Source: Bdellovibrionales bacterium (GTDB taxonomy: Bacteria; Bdellovibrionota; Bdellovibrionia; Bdellovibrionales; UBA1609). Taken from it: a stretch of 64,000 nt of DNA. Positions 20,067 through 29,220 of the stretch are shown in pieces. The position numbers were made by a program, and so were the translations under genes. Every line of letters begins with the position of its first letter. Position 1 is the stretch's first letter. The stretch covers positions 640,001 through 704,000 of the forward strand of contig OZ241456.1 in the NCBI GenBank assembly GCA_965200875.1. Reading direction: 5' to 3'. The notes beneath the pieces were generated by a model. The model was not told where the DNA came from and ran no database searches. It saw nothing but the letters and a program-made list of their open reading frames with translations.

Positions 20067-21185
20067 TTGACAGTTATTGGTATTATATTGGTACATTGTT
20101 TTTTGATGATACTGATATTTCTTGTATTTTTTGGAATAATGTATAATGTCACCGCGAAAGAGCAAAACCCAGTGGTGGACCATCTAGCGGTTGGCCCTCC
20201 AATGGATGAAAATATGCCTTTGGATTTTCATATATTTTTTCTTGAAAAGCATTTGGAAAAAGAGATTTGTACACCATCTGTCATTGTGTCTGTTTTAAGG
20301 GTTGTTAATAATCAGGATTTGGATGTGTATAAAAGAAATGAAATATTGGAACTTGCATTCACGACTTGTGCGGAAAACGAGGAGTTTAAACATGCTATAT
20401 CTTTACTGTCTGTTGAACCAGAACTGGAATGGTCTTTGAGAGAAAAAGTGTTGATTTATCATCAGGCTAAAAGCGTTGTATGTTCTCACCCTATTGTGGA
20501 GTATCTTCTGGAAAGTTTTTCTCAGGAGATAAACTGGCATATCAGAGAAGCTATAGTGGATATTTTATCCGAGTCACAGGAAGATTGTGCTCAGCGGGTG
20601 ATTTCTTTTTTTTCGGAATTTGTTATGCGGGATTCAGAAGAGATGTCTACAGATTTAGTGGATTTTCGTCAAAGGAAAATTCATTTGATTCTTTGGTCTT
20701 TGGTGCGTTTGGGTATGCAACATGGTGGTCATCCATCTGTAGTTGCTGAGCTAAAAGAAATGGCTATGAAATATGACATGAATGTGTATTTTCGGGTTAG
20801 TGCTGTTGAGGCTTTACAGGATCTTAGTCTCTATTTTGAGATATCTGCTCAGGCTCTTTATGAAATTGTCAGGGACAATAAGAGAGTACCCCAATCAGAT
20901 TTTATTACTTATGATCAAAGGATTAGAGATGCAAATGATGTAAAGGTCAGAGATCAGGCTTTTTTGGCTTTGTTGGAGCTTTTGGAAGAAGATTATAATG
21001 ATTTTTTTTCTTTCTTGAGTAAAAAGCCGTCTGCGGAACAGATTTATCGCAGTAAAGTTTTTGAGGATCAACCTTTGCCGGCGGAGCATCTTGATTTATA
21101 TGCTCGCCCCGCTCTGATAAAACTGGTACAAGATACAAGTGTGGAACAGCAATATCGTGATCGCGCTCGGTTCATTTTACAATAG
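20067..21185 (+). CDS. hypothetical membrane-anchored helical (HEAT-like) protein
   Basis: Long ORF with an N-terminal TM segment and repeated R..A...L helical motifs. Confidence 0.55.
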   Translation: MTVIGIILVHCFLMILIFLVFFGIMYNVTAKEQNPVVDHLAVGPPMDENMPLDFHIFFLEKHLEKEICTPSVIVSVLRVVNNQDLDVYKRNEILELAFTTCAENEEFKHAISLLSVEPELEWSLREKVLIYHQAKSVVCSHPIVEYLLESFSQEINWHIREAIVDILSESQEDCAQRVISFFSEFVMRDSEEMSTDLVDFRQRKIHLILWSLVRLGMQHGGHPSVVAELKEMAMKYDMNVYFRVSAVEALQDLSLYFEISAQALYEIVRDNKRVPQSDFITYDQRIRDANDVKVRDQAFLALLELLEEDYNDFFSFLSKKPSAEQIYRSKVFEDQPLPAEHLDLYARPALIKLVQDTSVEQQYRDRARFILQ

Positions 21186-21232
21186 TGAGTTCTCCGGGAA
21201 AAAGTATGTTATTTTGACTTGATTTTTGCCTG
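21183..21232 (+). mobile_element. left arm of the MITE-like repeat
   Basis: gaaaaagtatgttattttgact is identical to the 30805 copy; begins at the stop codon of the upstream gene. Confidence 0.6.
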
Positions 21233-21633
21233 TGTAGAGCGGAAATGCAGATACAAAAAACACTGATAAACCCGAAAAAACATACTTTATTTAAAAAAAA
21301 TGATAAAAAATGTACTTTTCTGGTTAAAATTATTAAAGAAAGCTTTATTTTTTTATTTAATTGATGATATGCTGAGTTAGTTATCCGGTATTGGCCAGTG
21401 AAAGAATCTGTGGGGTTATTAAGGAGATATGAGCAGATATTTTCCTTATTGAATAATTTTGAATTATTAAGAATAGAAAATTTTTTACAGATGGTTTTTG
21501 TATAGTATTGGGGATACATTTATTTATCCAGCTGGTTTTTCATCTTCATTGTTTCCTTCTTGATTTTTAGCATTTTGCAACTTCCCTTGCATAGCCAAAT
21601 CCGAAAGATCGGAAACTTTAAACTAGGAAATTT

Positions 21634-22029
21634 ATGAATCATAATTTGAAAAATTTTATTTGTTTATTTATTTTACTCACACTTTCTTTTTCTGTTTTTG
21701 GTGTGGAAATAAGTAGTGACTTATTCATCTCAGAAAAGGAGAGCTTTGAGAAAGAGAATACAGAAGTGTCGGAGTTGGAAAATACAACGGATTGGAAAGA
21801 ACCTGTTGTAAATAGGGTATATACAAAAGAAAAAGTAATAATTAAAAGAGATACTTCTGCCTTGGATGAAGAAGTGGAAGATTTAGAGAGCAGAGAGATT
21901 AGAGAGAATGTGACAGATACTTCTTTGGATACAGAGTTTCAAAGAAGGCCCTCTTCCAGCAGTGAAATACCAGATCAATCAGTGGATTATGGAGATTATG
22001 AAATCCATTGGACTAAACGCAATAAATAA
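21634..22029 (+). CDS. secreted acidic hypothetical protein
   Basis: Signal peptide, SD agga upstream, E/D-rich mature region. Confidence 0.65.
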   Translation: MNHNLKNFICLFILLTLSFSVFGVEISSDLFISEKESFEKENTEVSELENTTDWKEPVVNRVYTKEKVIIKRDTSALDEEVEDLESREIRENVTDTSLDTEFQRRPSSSSEIPDQSVDYGDYEIHWTKRNK

Positions 22030-22220
22030 ATCTTAAAAAATCCCGATATAATTTTTTTCCAAAAATGTAATCTTTACACGATCTTGTTTTTTCTATATGT
22101 ATTTCTTGTCCGACTGGATATAATAATAATGTTTCAGATTTTCAATTCTCCCAATGTTATGAGGAGAGCGGATCAAACGGGAAGTTTTAATGTTCTTAGA
22201 GTGGCCTAGGGAGATAATTT

Positions 22221-23522
22221 ATGAAATTTATTGGTTATATGTTTCTTTTGTTATTTGTGAATACTTCTCTTGCAGTGAATGAAAATGAAGGATTGGAGCA
22301 TATTCTGTCTCTTGATGTTTATAATCCCAGTGAAGATGAATTTTCCGTCACTCAGGCTATCGTTCCTATTTTTAATAAATCCACTGCCAGTCGTGGAACC
22401 GCTTTTTTTATCAGTCCTGATAGGCTGGTTACCAATTTTCATGCCGTCTGCTGTTTTCGAGGTCCTGTTAATGAAAATTTATATATAACCACAAAAGAAG
22501 GGGAAAAAGTGAAAATTGATAAACTGATATATACTTCGGCTTATCATGACTTTGCTGTATTGAAAATTAATGGATTTTCTTCGGATCATTTTTTAAACCT
22601 TGCAGAGGAGAATAATATTGAAATTCATGATGATATTCAAAGCTTTGGATATGTAGCTAAATCTCAAGATATTGTTCGCTTAAAGGGGAAAATAGTGGAT
22701 AAAGATGGCGATCTGTATGGGGGAACATTTAATTTTTATAGACTTTACGGTTTTAGTGGTTCTCCGATTATGTATGGAAATAATAATGAGGTGGCAGGTA
22801 TTATATTTCTAGGTGTCCACAATATAGGGTATATAATACCTGCTGGGAAAATTACTGAAATGATGGGTTTAAATCGGCCTTGTTCAGATCCCACTTCCTG
22901 TCAGGCCAATGCTTTGCACTTTTTGGTTAACCAGGCAAAGTCAGAAGATGCACAAGCACAATTTATATTATCAAGCTTGCTTTATAGTGATAGCTCACCA
23001 AGTAAGAATTTTGACTATTTTTTGGAAAAGGATATACTGGATAAACTATCTCAATTAGTATTTCTGTATTCCTCAGCAGAAGCGGGTTATAGCCATTCGA
23101 TGGTTGAATGGGGCAGGATATTGATGAACACAAACAACCGAAGTGATTATATTTCTGCCGGGAATTATTTTTTACAAGCTAGTAAGCAAAACAATATTCT
23201 TGCTCATTTTTTTAGAGGAGGGTGGTTATTGAATGAGATTGAGATGCAGGATTCTACTTTGGATGATGAGAGTATTGATTTTCATCGGACTGAAGCGATG
23301 ATAAATTCTTTTAAAAAATCCGCTTCTGTGGGACATCTGATGTCACAGTGGATGTTAGGAAGGATTTATTATGACGAATATAAAGCGAGTCAAACAAACA
23401 CAGATGATGAAACTGCTACCGAGCGTTATAAGCAACAAGCCCTTAAATGGTTAAGAATGGCTGGAAATGAAAATCATCATTCTTCAGCTGTTAGACTAAT
23501 GCTGGAAATTCTAATAGAATAA
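22221..23522 (+). CDS. secreted trypsin-like serine protease with Sel1-like repeats
   Basis: Catalytic triad context TNFH / DFAVL / GFSGSP; Sel1-type AQF.L, SA..GH..SQW.LG and ALKWLR.A motifs. Confidence 0.78.
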   Translation: MKFIGYMFLLLFVNTSLAVNENEGLEHILSLDVYNPSEDEFSVTQAIVPIFNKSTASRGTAFFISPDRLVTNFHAVCCFRGPVNENLYITTKEGEKVKIDKLIYTSAYHDFAVLKINGFSSDHFLNLAEENNIEIHDDIQSFGYVAKSQDIVRLKGKIVDKDGDLYGGTFNFYRLYGFSGSPIMYGNNNEVAGIIFLGVHNIGYIIPAGKITEMMGLNRPCSDPTSCQANALHFLVNQAKSEDAQAQFILSSLLYSDSSPSKNFDYFLEKDILDKLSQLVFLYSSAEAGYSHSMVEWGRILMNTNNRSDYISAGNYFLQASKQNNILAHFFRGGWLLNEIEMQDSTLDDESIDFHRTEAMINSFKKSASVGHLMSQWMLGRIYYDEYKASQTNTDDETATERYKQQALKWLRMAGNENHHSSAVRLMLEILIE

Positions 23523-23563
23523 ATCAAATCTCGTATCATGCGCACAGAAGAAGCTGGAATGTA

Positions 23564-24343
23564 TCAATACCCCACCGCAAAGTCCTCTGAAGGCAAGGTA
23601 AGAATTTCACACCCATCTTCCTGAATCAACACAGTATGCTCAAACTGAGCGGAGAGCGTTTGATCGGAAGTTTCATAATATTTAATCTCAGAACTGGGAA
23701 TGTTAAACTCTTTGATAGGAGCAGAGGTTTCGTTAATCATGGGTTCCACTGTAATACAACAATCTTTCTGCAAAATCACACCTTTGCCTTTCTTCCCTTT
23801 AGAAGGTACAAACGGATCTTCATGGAAGTATTTTCCGATTCCATGACCTCCAATTTCCAATACAGGATAAAACCCTTTTCTTGTCACATACTTATTAATG
23901 GCAAAGCCAATATCCCCTGTCGTGTTGCCCGCTTTCACTTGCTCAATCCCTTTCAACATTGCTTGGTGTGCACATTCTGTAATCCTCTTGGCTTTTTCCG
24001 ACACTTCCCCCACATAAAAAGTTCTAGAAGTATCTCCATGAAATCCCTCTTTAATACAAGTCACATCAATATTGACGATATCCCCCTCTTGCAAAACATA
24101 AGAATCAGGAACACCATGACAAATACAATGATTCACAGAAACACATATAGACTTGGGATATCCTTTGTACTCCAAAGGGGCTGAAACAGCTCCTAGAGAT
24201 AAAGTCAGCTCGTGCGCGTTTTTATTCAATAGATCAGTTCTCACTCCCGGTTGGACCATTTTTCCCACCTGAGCTAAGACCTGAGCTGCCAGCTTTCCAG
24301 CTGACCTCATTAAACATATTTCCTGGCTTGTTAAAGGATTCAT
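23564..24343 (-). CDS. map: methionine aminopeptidase type I
   Basis: CHGVP, NIDVT...HGDTSRT, GHGIG..FHE, TVEPM, SAQFEHT. Confidence 0.96.
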   Translation of the reverse strand: MNPLTSQEICLMRSAGKLAAQVLAQVGKMVQPGVRTDLLNKNAHELTLSLGAVSAPLEYKGYPKSICVSVNHCICHGVPDSYVLQEGDIVNIDVTCIKEGFHGDTSRTFYVGEVSEKAKRITECAHQAMLKGIEQVKAGNTTGDIGFAINKYVTRKGFYPVLEIGGHGIGKYFHEDPFVPSKGKKGKGVILQKDCCITVEPMINETSAPIKEFNIPSSEIKYYETSDQTLSAQFEHTVLIQEDGCEILTLPSEDFAVGY

Positions 24344-24390
24344 ACAAGTAACCTTTTTTATCAGAGGCTTTTCATTGGCGACTGACTATT

Positions 24391-24421
24391 AAAAAAAGAG
24401 CCTGTTTTTTAAAAACAGGCT
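24391..24421 (-). terminator. intrinsic terminator after the SWIB gene
   Basis: agcctgtttt/aaaacaggct hairpin followed by a T-run on the minus strand. Confidence 0.7.
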
Positions 24422-24460
24422 ACTTTCTTACTTAATCAATTAAAAGATAAGCAATCATTT

Positions 24461-24865
24461 TTATTGCAGGTGTTTTCCAATACCACCTGGCACATCAAAC
24501 ATACGAATTTGTCTTTTATTGCCGAAGATCTGCTTCAACTTACTGTCTAAATTGATATTTCTCCGGTTTTGTGAATCCTGCAATCCATTTTTCTTTATAT
24601 AGTCCCAAAGATACTTGGTTGCTTTTTGCCTTGTAACCGACTTGACGCCTATTACCGCAGACAGCTGACTTGAAGCTTTCATAACCTTCATAAGTGCTGG
24701 ATTCAGTTTTCTTTTTTTCTTTTTTACTGCTTTTTTCTTAACAGCCTTTTTTTTAACAGCCTTTTTCTTGACTGCCTTTTTCTTGACTGCCTTTTTCTTA
24801 ACTACCTTTTTCTTGACTGCCTTTTTCTTTGCTTTCTTTTTTACTTTTTTCTTTCTTATTGCCAT
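24461..24865 (-). CDS. SWIB/MDM2 domain protein with a histone H1-like Lys-rich N-terminus
   Basis: (KKKAV)n followed by LSAVIG...R..ATKYLWDYIKKNGLQD..NRRNI..D.KLK.IF. Confidence 0.88.
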   Translation of the reverse strand: MAIRKKKVKKKAKKKAVKKKVVKKKAVKKKAVKKKAVKKKAVKKKAVKKKKRKLNPALMKVMKASSQLSAVIGVKSVTRQKATKYLWDYIKKNGLQDSQNRRNINLDSKLKQIFGNKRQIRMFDVPGGIGKHLQ

Positions 24866-25017
24866 GTTGACCTCCAGATTGTGTTACTGCTTTTCAACAG
24901 TTTTTATTAACAGGAAACATAATATCCTTAAAATGCCTTCTTATCAAAAGAAAAAATTAATTTATGACTGAGTACAGTAAAAAACTTTCAAACAAACTGA
25001 TGAATATGCAAACTGAA

Positions 25018-25350
25018 CTAGGGCAGGTGAGACTTTTTCTGACAAGGAGGAGAAGGTGACAGGGAGGAATCCATACCCCTCCACTCTTCGGGTGTCATAG
25101 TCTTTTGAGAAAAAGCATGAACAGGTCCCTTAAGCTCATCTGCCAGAATCTGATATACCTTCTGATGACGCTGAACAGTGCTTAAATCATTAAAATCACT
25201 GGAAATAATTAAAACTCGGAAATGTGTTTCTGCCCCTTCAGGCACCTGATGCCTGGGGCTTTCATTTACTACTTCCAGCAAACTGATATTAAGATGAAGC
25301 TCCAGTTTTTTCCGTATTTTGTCTTCTATAGTCATGCTTCTTACTACCAT
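25018..25350 (-). CDS. bolA: BolA family protein
   Basis: VVNES..H...ETHFRV.I.S..F...QRHQ.VY..L...VHA; SPPC tail. Confidence 0.9.
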   Translation of the reverse strand: MVVRSMTIEDKIRKKLELHLNISLLEVVNESPRHQVPEGAETHFRVLIISSDFNDLSTVQRHQKVYQILADELKGPVHAFSQKTMTPEEWRGMDSSLSPSPPCQKKSHLP

Positions 25351-25448
25351 TATATGTGTATAATGAAAAAGACTAATGTTCCCTTCTTTGAGATTAGCTG
25401 GAAAAATAATACCAAGGACTTAGGTCCAGTGCGTTATTTCAGTATCAG

Positions 25449-26870
25449 TTACTTTCCGGTATTTTTGTCACCTAGCATATTTTTCGGCTGGACATAACGG
25501 TCAAATTCCTCAGCAGTAACATAGCCCAAACGCAAAGCCTCTGCTTTTAAAGTAGTATTGTTTCGATACGCTAACTTGGCAATTTCCGCCGATTTATCAT
25601 ATCCAATATAAGGGTTGAGAGCTGTTATTGGCATCAGGGAATGTTCCAAGTTTTGTCTTAACTGAGCTGTATTTGCTTTTATACCATTGACGCAATGCTT
25701 TTGAAAACTATAAACAGCGTCTGAAAGCAAGCGGATAGATCTAAGTATATTAAAAATTATCATGGGTTTAAAAACATTTAACTCAAAATGCCCGCTGGCT
25801 CCTCCTACAGATACTGCCACATCACAACCTGTTACCTCAGCGCAAACCATTGTTAATGCTTCACTTTGGGTGGGATTTACTTTTCCAGGCATAATGGAAC
25901 TGCCTGGTTCATTGGCAGGAATGGAAATTTCATTTAAGCCGGCACGAGGGCCACTGGCCATCAGACGAATGTCATTGCCTATTTTCATTAAGCTACAAGC
26001 TGTGGTTTTTAAAACCCCACTTAATTCCACTAAATCGTCATGGGCAGAACTGGAAGCAAAACGATTTTTTACAGGTACAAACGGATAACCTGTTTTTTCC
26101 GCAATAAGAGCGATCACTTTGCTGGCAAAACCTTCCGGTGCGTTTAAGCCAGTGCCTACAGCTGTTCCCCCTAAAGTCAAACCATGCAAGCGGGAAAGAC
26201 AATCTTTGATTCTATCCTGATTATCAGATATCTGCTGACCATAACCCGAAAATTCCTGATTCAAACCAATAGGTGTGGCATCCATAAGGTGTGTGCGTCC
26301 CACCTTTATTATGCCTGTAAACTCTTTCACCTTGGAGCTAAAACTTTTTTCCAAATTTTTTAAAGCTGGAAGAAGACGGGTATTTAACTGCTCCACGACT
26401 ACAATATTCATGGCTGTGGGAAACACATCGTTGGAAGATTGGCCTTTATTCACATCGTCATTTGGGTGAACACTTTTGTCTCCAAGCTGGCCTCCTGAAA
26501 TTTGAATGGCTCGATTGGCTATCACTTCGTTTACATTCATGTTGCTTTGTGTGCCACTTCCCGTTTGCCACACCACGAGAGGAAAATGAGCATCCCATCG
26601 GCCTTGCATGACCTCCTCACTGGCTTGGATAATAGTTCGTGCTTTTTTACTGTCTAGAAGGGAAAGCGATTTATTAACCTCGGCTGAGTATTTTTTCACC
26701 AAGGCCAAAGCGTGAATCACCTCGATGGGCATTCGCTCTGATATTCCACCAATCCGAAAATTTTCCAAAGACCGTTGAGTTTGTGCCCCCCACAAGCGAT
26801 TTTCTGGAATACGCACCACACCCAAACTATCAGACTCTTCACGAAAAGACATAGAACCAATATCCTTCAA
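25449..26870 (-). CDS. fumC: fumarate hydratase class II
   Basis: WQTGSGTQSNMN, GRTHLMDATP, GSSIMPGKVNPTQ signature. Confidence 0.97.
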   Translation of the reverse strand: MKDIGSMSFREESDSLGVVRIPENRLWGAQTQRSLENFRIGGISERMPIEVIHALALVKKYSAEVNKSLSLLDSKKARTIIQASEEVMQGRWDAHFPLVVWQTGSGTQSNMNVNEVIANRAIQISGGQLGDKSVHPNDDVNKGQSSNDVFPTAMNIVVVEQLNTRLLPALKNLEKSFSSKVKEFTGIIKVGRTHLMDATPIGLNQEFSGYGQQISDNQDRIKDCLSRLHGLTLGGTAVGTGLNAPEGFASKVIALIAEKTGYPFVPVKNRFASSSAHDDLVELSGVLKTTACSLMKIGNDIRLMASGPRAGLNEISIPANEPGSSIMPGKVNPTQSEALTMVCAEVTGCDVAVSVGGASGHFELNVFKPMIIFNILRSIRLLSDAVYSFQKHCVNGIKANTAQLRQNLEHSLMPITALNPYIGYDKSAEIAKLAYRNNTTLKAEALRLGYVTAEEFDRYVQPKNMLGDKNTGK

Positions 26871-26919
26871 ATTTTATTTTAGAGCAAGAAATTTCTCCAG
26901 CCTCTACCAATTTTATCTG

Positions 26920-28740
26920 TCATTGTTTTTGTACTTTGCCAAACGGGCGAAGAGTCCATACCAAAATAACATACATCAAATGTAAAATAGCAAAGCCACT
27001 GACATACTCCACCCCTCCGGAACCAAAGCCATAAGAATGCAATCCCTGCCCCAAAACATAATTGACTCCATACCAGGCCATTACAATTAAAAAAAAGACC
27101 AGCACAGCTCCCACAGCCAAGCCAAACTCTTTCACCCACCCAACCAGCCGGCCATGCAAAAGGGCTACATAACCCAACAAGCTGATTAAAGCCCATGTTT
27201 CTTTAGGATCCCAGCCCCAAAAACGTCCCCAAGAGTAATCTGCCCAAATACCTCCTAATATGGTCCCGGCGGCTAATAGCACCACTCCGGCCTGTAAAGA
27301 ACGATCAATGCACTTGGCGCACATCCGAATTTTATCTTGAGTACCCTCTTGATTGGAGCTTTTCCCTCTTTCGTTTGAAAGCTTGGAAAATCTGTCATTT
27401 TTTCGAAAAAACAATCGTTTTGAAAGGCTCACTTTTTTAAAATCAGTTTGTCTCAAAAAAAGAAAAAGCAATACATCACCAAGGGCAAAAGCCAGAAAAA
27501 AAGCAGAGTAACTCATGGTAATAATTAATACATGTGTTGTAAGCCAGAAGTTGGAACGCAGGACGGCCTCCAAAGGCTCTAGGCGACCATCCAATAAAGA
27601 GGGGGCTGAATCCGCCAAAAGCAAACACAGCAAGGCCACTGCGCAGGCACAGGCAAAAACAGTAAAAACTCTGTGTCTGAACCACAAAAAAGCTCCAAAA
27701 ATGACGGCCACCCAAGGAACCCAAATCACTGTTTCGTACATATTGGTGACAGGAGGTCGTCCCATAATCAGAGAGCGTAAAATCATTCCATACCCTTGCA
27801 GGCAAAAAGCACCTGCCAATACCGCCAAAGAACCGTAAAAAAGAAATTTCCGGCGAAAAACCCAGTGTGAGAATAAAAGTAGAAAACCCACTAAATAGAA
27901 AATCCAAGCTAAACGAAAAGGGTTTAGCTGATTGTAGTGTAATTCTATGGAAACTTTAGATAAACTTCTTTTATATTCAGGATATTTTAATGACAGATAA
28001 TGTTTAAAATCAAAAATTGCAGTTTTCAGGTTCTGTGTTTTTTTTTCTTTGTCAGAGGCTGATGATTCCAATGAGGAAACAGCAGAAACATAAGAGACTA
28101 TTATTTTTTTAAACAGCTTATGCTCTTCCGTATTGTCCTTCCATTGTGATAGAGTAAGCCACGCTTTTCTTCCTCTATCAGCTGTGTTATCCTGATAGCT
28201 CGATTCTTTTTGTTTTACTTTTTCAGGTTTCTTGGTAAAAGGAATCCAGCCCGGAATTTCTCCTTTTTGAAAAGCCTGATAGAGAATCAAACGGTTTTCC
28301 AACTTTTGTACAGACTTAAAATAATCATCCAAAGGTTCTTTGTTTCTCTGCTTTACTTGAAGCTCCATTATTTCCTGAATAAAAATTTTGTTTTGCAACA
28401 AAGCTTTCGGGCTAAACAAAACTTTATCTTCAGACAGCTTTAATGTTTTCCTGAGAGCAGAATCTCTGACTTGAATAAACTCCTCTTTATGCCAATATTC
28501 CGGCAAAAGTGTCCAAGACATAAGAACATCCACAGCCGGTTTTTTGTTGAATTGTGTTTTCCCATATATAAAGCGTAAACTTTCACGGGCAAAAGTATCA
28601 AAGGGTTTAACTCTTCCTCCGCTTTGTACAGGCAGGGTTTTTAGTTTCTTTCCAACACCCTGACTTGCAAAGGAAAAGCCAGAAAAAGTAAAAAGCAAAA
28701 CAAAAATCCAACAATAAATGATATATCTTTTTTTTCTCAT
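26920..28740 (-). CDS. ccsA: cytochrome c biogenesis protein CcsA/ResC with an N-terminal periplasmic domain
   Basis: WWD motif WADYSWGRFWGWDPKETW, GLHSY; N-terminal GRVKPFDT. Confidence 0.9.
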   Translation of the reverse strand: MRKKRYIIYCWIFVLLFTFSGFSFASQGVGKKLKTLPVQSGGRVKPFDTFARESLRFIYGKTQFNKKPAVDVLMSWTLLPEYWHKEEFIQVRDSALRKTLKLSEDKVLFSPKALLQNKIFIQEIMELQVKQRNKEPLDDYFKSVQKLENRLILYQAFQKGEIPGWIPFTKKPEKVKQKESSYQDNTADRGRKAWLTLSQWKDNTEEHKLFKKIIVSYVSAVSSLESSASDKEKKTQNLKTAIFDFKHYLSLKYPEYKRSLSKVSIELHYNQLNPFRLAWIFYLVGFLLLFSHWVFRRKFLFYGSLAVLAGAFCLQGYGMILRSLIMGRPPVTNMYETVIWVPWVAVIFGAFLWFRHRVFTVFACACAVALLCLLLADSAPSLLDGRLEPLEAVLRSNFWLTTHVLIITMSYSAFFLAFALGDVLLFLFLRQTDFKKVSLSKRLFFRKNDRFSKLSNERGKSSNQEGTQDKIRMCAKCIDRSLQAGVVLLAAGTILGGIWADYSWGRFWGWDPKETWALISLLGYVALLHGRLVGWVKEFGLAVGAVLVFFLIVMAWYGVNYVLGQGLHSYGFGSGGVEYVSGFAILHLMYVILVWTLRPFGKVQKQ

Positions 28741-28774
28741 ATATTTAACTAGTGTTAATTTTAAAATCGTCCTT

Positions 28775-28838
28775 TGTGAAAACGGGAATCTTGTTGAGTT
28801 TTATGGAGATGTTTCATTCTTTTTCACGGACTACTAAA
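28775..28838 (-). mobile_element. partial copy of the MITE-like repeat
   Basis: tgaaaacgggaatcttg...ttttcacggactactaa closely matches 6584-6645. Confidence 0.65.
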
Positions 28839-28929
28839 ATCGTACCCTTGAGGTTTAACTGTGTCAGAGGGGTGTGTCACTATTTTTTCTGGGATTTCTC
28901 AGGGGTTAAAAGTCCCTGAAAAGCAAAAT

Positions 28930-29073
28930 GGGACGCATTGTCAAATCCTTGGCCTCTTTTGACATATCTAAAGACTGAAAATTCAAGCCATTACCTGTAG
29001 TTCTCGCTTTTAATTCACCCTTGAAATTATGCAGGTACTCCTAAAACTCAAAAGGCCCTCCCATGTTTTTTGC
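28930..29073 (-). pseudogene. internal fragment of an Rpn-family gene
   Basis: Clear nucleotide similarity to 43052-43217 (tgtcaaatcc..ggcctc..ttgaca.atctaaagactga; gaaattatgcaggtactc) with indels and no ORF. Confidence 0.8.
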
Positions 29074-29220
29074 CCTTTTGAAGGAGAGGGAACAAGGAAC
29101 TTTGTCAGCCAGTGCAGTATATCGTATATTCAGGAAGCATGGTGTAAATAGGTTAAAGCTTAAGATTTTGGAGAACAGGACTGACTGTTTAAAGGTACTT
29201 ATACAAGGCTGGGTAACATA

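Noticed and set aside
21172..21519. 115-aa minus-strand ORF
   Set aside because: AT-rich intergenic sequence overlapping a MITE arm, with no recognisable motif.
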